This document shows positions 60,544 through 64,000 of a stretch of 64,000 nucleotides of DNA, piece after piece. Source of the stretch: Haliotis cracherodii. Its lineage: Eukaryota. Under the pieces are notes generated by a model, which was given only the letters and a program-made list of their open reading frames with translations, had not been told where the DNA came from and made no database searches. The DNA lies in NCBI RefSeq assembly GCF_022045235.1, contig NW_027266265.1, forward strand, positions 34,720,001 through 34,784,000. Direction: 5' to 3'. Numbering within the stretch: the stretch's first letter is position 1; each line of letters starts with the position of its first letter. The position numbers were made by a program, and so were the translations under genes.

Positions 60544-60601
60544 GGCACTCGTGAAGAGCAACCTCCTCGTGGTGAGTGCTGGGTAGCGCTAATAGCTCTT
60601 C
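60544..60601 (+). ncRNA. Minimal HDV-like self-cleaving ribozyme at the LINE 5' end
   Basis: P1 GGCACTC/GAGTGCT (G-U first pair), P2 GAAGAGCA/T(A)GCTCTTC, P3 ACC/GGT, L3 TCCTCGT, P1.1 GG, J4/2 GCTAA. Confidence 0.85.
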
Positions 60602-61225
60602 CCCCGTGTGGAACCGGGGCAGAATATTTCCACAGCACCCCATTGCTGGTCGTAAGAGGCGACCAAAGTGGGCAGCCCGTTTGCCGTGGGTTGCGTCCCT
60701 GTGTCGGCGGAGGACGGGAGTCTGGTAGTTGAGGGCACTGGTTCCTGGAACTGTGTTCCTTTGCCCAACACACTACTTCGACCCTTACTTCGCCTAGACG
60801 GGTGGTAAGATGGGCCCGGTCTTATCAATCGGCTGGTCATGCCAGGCCCTGTGCGTAATATTGTATATACACACATGTGTTGTATTTTGATGTATATTTT
60901 GGCCTTGGCCATGCATAAATTGTGTGAATTAACTATTTTGGATTATATAAATTGCCTAGAGTCTTACGCCAGAAGGCGGTGGCTCATGGGCCAATCTGGT
61001 GATGTTGACCTCCGAATAATATATGTCTCCAACTTCTGTCATTGGCGGAACCAGTCTGGCATTGAGTTGGTAGATAAATGTAGCTATTCGCGTCATATTT
61101 GCTGGAGTATAGAACCCCTGTATCCCTGGTGTTTGCATCTTGGATATCCGTTGCAATGTGACACCGTCCTTGTTGACGCTCCATGGCGGGTGGGGAGCGG
61201 GAGTTCTGAACTACTTTCTGTCATC

Positions 61226-62479
61226 ATGTCTCTCCCACAACTTGGTTCCAATAGAAATGAAAAAAAGAGAAGACTAGAAATTGACAATTCAACGGACAGT
61301 GTGTCTCAAAACATAGATTCGTGGTCTAGATTTCTGGTTATTGAGGCCCAGGATCAACTGCCCCTTAAACTCAACCCTTTTGCGATTTCAAAAGCCGTTT
61401 CTGGGATTTGTGGCGAGGTTAAGAATGTCACGCGTCTCCGTGGTGGTTCCCTCTTGGTGGAATGTTTGCGGAGGCAGCAATCTCTTAATCTTTTGTCCAT
61501 TCATGTATTTGCAAATGTTGAGGTTGTTGTGTCCGCACACAGGACATTGAACTCTTGCAGAGGTATAGTTCGCGATAGAGCTCGTTGCCTGGCGGATATG
61601 TCAGAAGATGAAATCACTGCAGAGTTGGAGGATCAGGCTGTCACGGCTGTTAAACGCTTTACCGTGAGGAAAGAGAGTGGCATTCAAAATACAAATACAT
61701 ATATGCTGACTTTTGCACGCTCATCTATTCCCCAATCTATTAAAGCAGGTTATAACAACATCGGAGTGGAGGTGTATGTCCCCAATCCACTCCGATGTTT
61801 CACTTGTCAACACTTTGGACATGGTTCAAAATCATGTCGTAACTCAGTGGTTTGTTCTCGCTGTGGTGGCGATCATGATGGAACCAGTTGTACAAATGCC
61901 GCCAAATGTGCTAACTGTGGCAATGACCATGTCGCCTCATCCAAGTCCTGTCCTGTGTGGCAGACAGAATCTAAAATAATCAAAATTAAATGTGAACAAA
62001 ACATTTCCTACAATGATGCAAAACAACTTGTAAAAAAACAGTCAACATCTCCCTCAACTTTGCATTATTCTGCAGCTGTTTCCTGTACTGTCGCTACTTC
62101 CTCTATTCATTGTCAGACTGATTTGTCTTGGATTATATCTGATCATCCAGTTCCAACCAAATCAGTTACTCCTCCAAAGTCAGTTGAACATCTGCCTAGT
62201 TACTCAATCACTTACTCTACAGCAGAAACTCAGACCAGTAATCAGAATGTGGGTCAATCTGACCCAGCTGTTCCAGCACCAGCCGTTGACATTATACACT
62301 CTTCAAAAAAAGGAAAGAAAAAACTGAACAGAAAAGCTGCCAGGGTACCCTCTCCACCAGAGGTACCAGTTCACAACTCCTTTGAACTTCTGGACATGGA
62401 GGTAACTCCGTCTTTGGAGACCAGCAGGAGTTCCTCTCCCTCACGTTCACGTGGGAGATCACCAATTGAGCCACCATGA
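61226..62479 (+). CDS. LINE ORF1 (gag-like nucleic-acid-binding protein)
   Basis: Likely start MSLPQ at 61226; YVPNPLRCFTCQHFGH, CSRCGGDH, CANCGNDH knuckles. Confidence 0.88.
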   Translation: MSLPQLGSNRNEKKRRLEIDNSTDSVSQNIDSWSRFLVIEAQDQLPLKLNPFAISKAVSGICGEVKNVTRLRGGSLLVECLRRQQSLNLLSIHVFANVEVVVSAHRTLNSCRGIVRDRARCLADMSEDEITAELEDQAVTAVKRFTVRKESGIQNTNTYMLTFARSSIPQSIKAGYNNIGVEVYVPNPLRCFTCQHFGHGSKSCRNSVVCSRCGGDHDGTSCTNAAKCANCGNDHVASSKSCPVWQTESKIIKIKCEQNISYNDAKQLVKKQSTSPSTLHYSAAVSCTVATSSIHCQTDLSWIISDHPVPTKSVTPPKSVEHLPSYSITYSTAETQTSNQNVGQSDPAVPAPAVDIIHSSKKGKKKLNRKAARVPSPPEVPVHNSFELLDMEVTPSLETSRSSSPSRSRGRSPIEPP

Positions 62480-64000
62480 CTCAATCATCATATTTAATTC
62501 AATGGAACTGTAGAGGACTTAGGAATAATTATAATGATTTACAACTCTTAATCCAGGATTTTAAACCATCTGCATTATGTTTACAAGAAACATATTATAA
62601 AGACACTGACAAATTTGATATTAGAGGTTATACCTCATACAATTTCTTTTCACCTCCAGGTGCTAAAGCCACTGGAGGTTCTTCAATTTTAATGAAAAAC
62701 GACGTCATCCATAGCCCCGTTCAACTTACTACTCCGCTTCAAGCTGTTGCAGTCCGTGTAACTTTGCACATAGTTTTTACTTTGTGCTCGTTATATATTC
62801 CACCATCTACTTCTCTCCGACAGTCTGAACTTCAAGCTCTCTATGATCAACTCCCCAAGCCCTGTGTTATAATGGGTGATCTCAATGGACACAATCCACT
62901 TTGGGGTAGTGTTCAGACAAATAATAAGGGGAAGCTTTTGGAAGACTTCATTTCAAACAATGACTTATGTATTTTTAATGATGGTTCAAACACATATCTC
63001 CATCCCGGTACAGGTACTTACTCTGCACTGGATTTATCAGTTACAGGTTCTGCTTTATTAAACGAATTTGAATGGTCTGTCCATGAAGACCTATGTGGCA
63101 GTGATCATTTTCCAACCATTTTAAAACCTGTCTTACCTTCAGATGTTCCTCCTTCAACAAGATGGAACTTCAATAAGGCCAACTGGCCTTTGTTTGAAAT
63201 GCTTGCATCCACTAAATTAAAACCTGATCTGTTTCTTGAAGCTACTGATCCTGTGCAATTATTTTCTGATGAATTAAACAAATTAGCAGATGAATGTATT
63301 CCTAAGTCCTCTACAAATCCACATATCCGTAAACCATGGTTCAATAATGACTGCAAACAAGCTAGGAAGGCACGGAAAAAGGCTGAACACTATTTCCGTC
63401 GCCATCCCATGGTCCATAATTTAAATAAATATAAAATCTTAAATGCTAAAGCCAGGCGTACGTTTAAACAAAATAAACGGCAATCTTGGCAACATTATGT
63501 TTCCAAGATAAACTCGCGAACGCCCATGTCCAAGGTATGGAACATGATACAAAAAATTAAAGGTAAGGGTTCTAAATGTAGCGTCCACCATCTTAAGAAT
63601 GGGGATGAACTACTAACTAATAAATCGGATATTGCAAATAAACTAGGTGAAACGTTAGCTAAACATTCTTCTTCCTCAAATTATGTCCCTCAATTCCAAA
63701 AATTTCAAAAACAGCAGGAACAGAAAACTATACATTTTAAATCGGATAATGGGGAAGATTATAATGAAATATTTTCGATCCATGAACTTCATACCGCTCT
63801 TGGACAAGCTCATGATACTGCTACAGGAGCTGATAATGTACACTATCAACTCCTAAAGCACTTACCAGAACCGTGTTTAGAAACCCTTTTGTTGATTTTT
63901 GATGATATATGGACAACAGGTAAGTTTCCTTCTTCCTGGCGTGATGCCATAGTAATACCCATACCGAAACCTGGACGGGATCACAGTGATCCCTCAAATT
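62476..64000 (+). CDS. LINE ORF2, partial: APE endonuclease and start of RT
   Basis: ATG overlaps the ORF1 stop (ATGA); IQWNCRGL, LQET, MGDLNGHNPLWG, SDHFP, PWFNNDCK, IPKPG; no stop seen. Confidence 0.92.
   Translation, partial: MTQSSYLIQWNCRGLRNNYNDLQLLIQDFKPSALCLQETYYKDTDKFDIRGYTSYNFFSPPGAKATGGSSILMKNDVIHSPVQLTTPLQAVAVRVTLHIVFTLCSLYIPPSTSLRQSELQALYDQLPKPCVIMGDLNGHNPLWGSVQTNNKGKLLEDFISNNDLCIFNDGSNTYLHPGTGTYSALDLSVTGSALLNEFEWSVHEDLCGSDHFPTILKPVLPSDVPPSTRWNFNKANWPLFEMLASTKLKPDLFLEATDPVQLFSDELNKLADECIPKSSTNPHIRKPWFNNDCKQARKARKKAEHYFRRHPMVHNLNKYKILNAKARRTFKQNKRQSWQHYVSKINSRTPMSKVWNMIQKIKGKGSKCSVHHLKNGDELLTNKSDIANKLGETLAKHSSSSNYVPQFQKFQKQQEQKTIHFKSDNGEDYNEIFSIHELHTALGQAHDTATGADNVHYQLLKHLPEPCLETLLLIFDDIWTTGKFPSSWRDAIVIPIPKPGRDHSDPSN

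Larger units (their letters stand above)
60544..64000 (+). mobile_element. Non-LTR retrotransposon, I group (Nimb/I-like), 5'-complete, continues past the window
   Basis: 5' ribozyme, ORF1 with three zinc knuckles, ORF2 APE endonuclease leading into RT. Confidence 0.9.

Noticed and set aside
60839-61225. 129-codon N-terminal extension of LINE ORF1
   Set aside because: Composition looks like 5' UTR; ORF1-like sequence starts at MSLPQ (61226), though upstream initiation is not excluded

Overview
Eukaryotic, repeat-rich invertebrate genomic DNA, probably molluscan (gastropod/abalone-like; inferred from the SINE and C1q content, not confirmed). 0.2-25.2 kb (minus strand) holds a multi-exon ADCK5 (AarF/UbiB kinase-like) gene. 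It has two homologous, same-phase exons that look mutually exclusive, and one non-canonical splice donor. One intron carries a complete, young DIRS1-type tyrosine-recombinase retrotransposon (10716-17247) inserted into a tRNA-derived SINE. Its gag appears to need splicing, and one extra A fuses pol to the recombinase. 32-40.7 kb is a tandem array (~2.7 kb period) of three intronless, atypical acetylcholine-receptor-like Cys-loop channel genes plus a pseudogene fragment; they lack ACh-binding residues and differ mainly in ligand-binding loops. 46-54.5 kb has two convergent two-exon secreted C1q-domain genes. From 60.5 kb to the end is an intact I-group (Nimb-like) LINE whose 5' end is a minimal HDV-like ribozyme, followed by a pseudoknot motif shared with a dispersed non-autonomous retroposon family. 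The rest is SINEs, MITEs, a HINE/pearl-like element, minisatellites and two N gaps. All calls are from manual reading; no searches were run.
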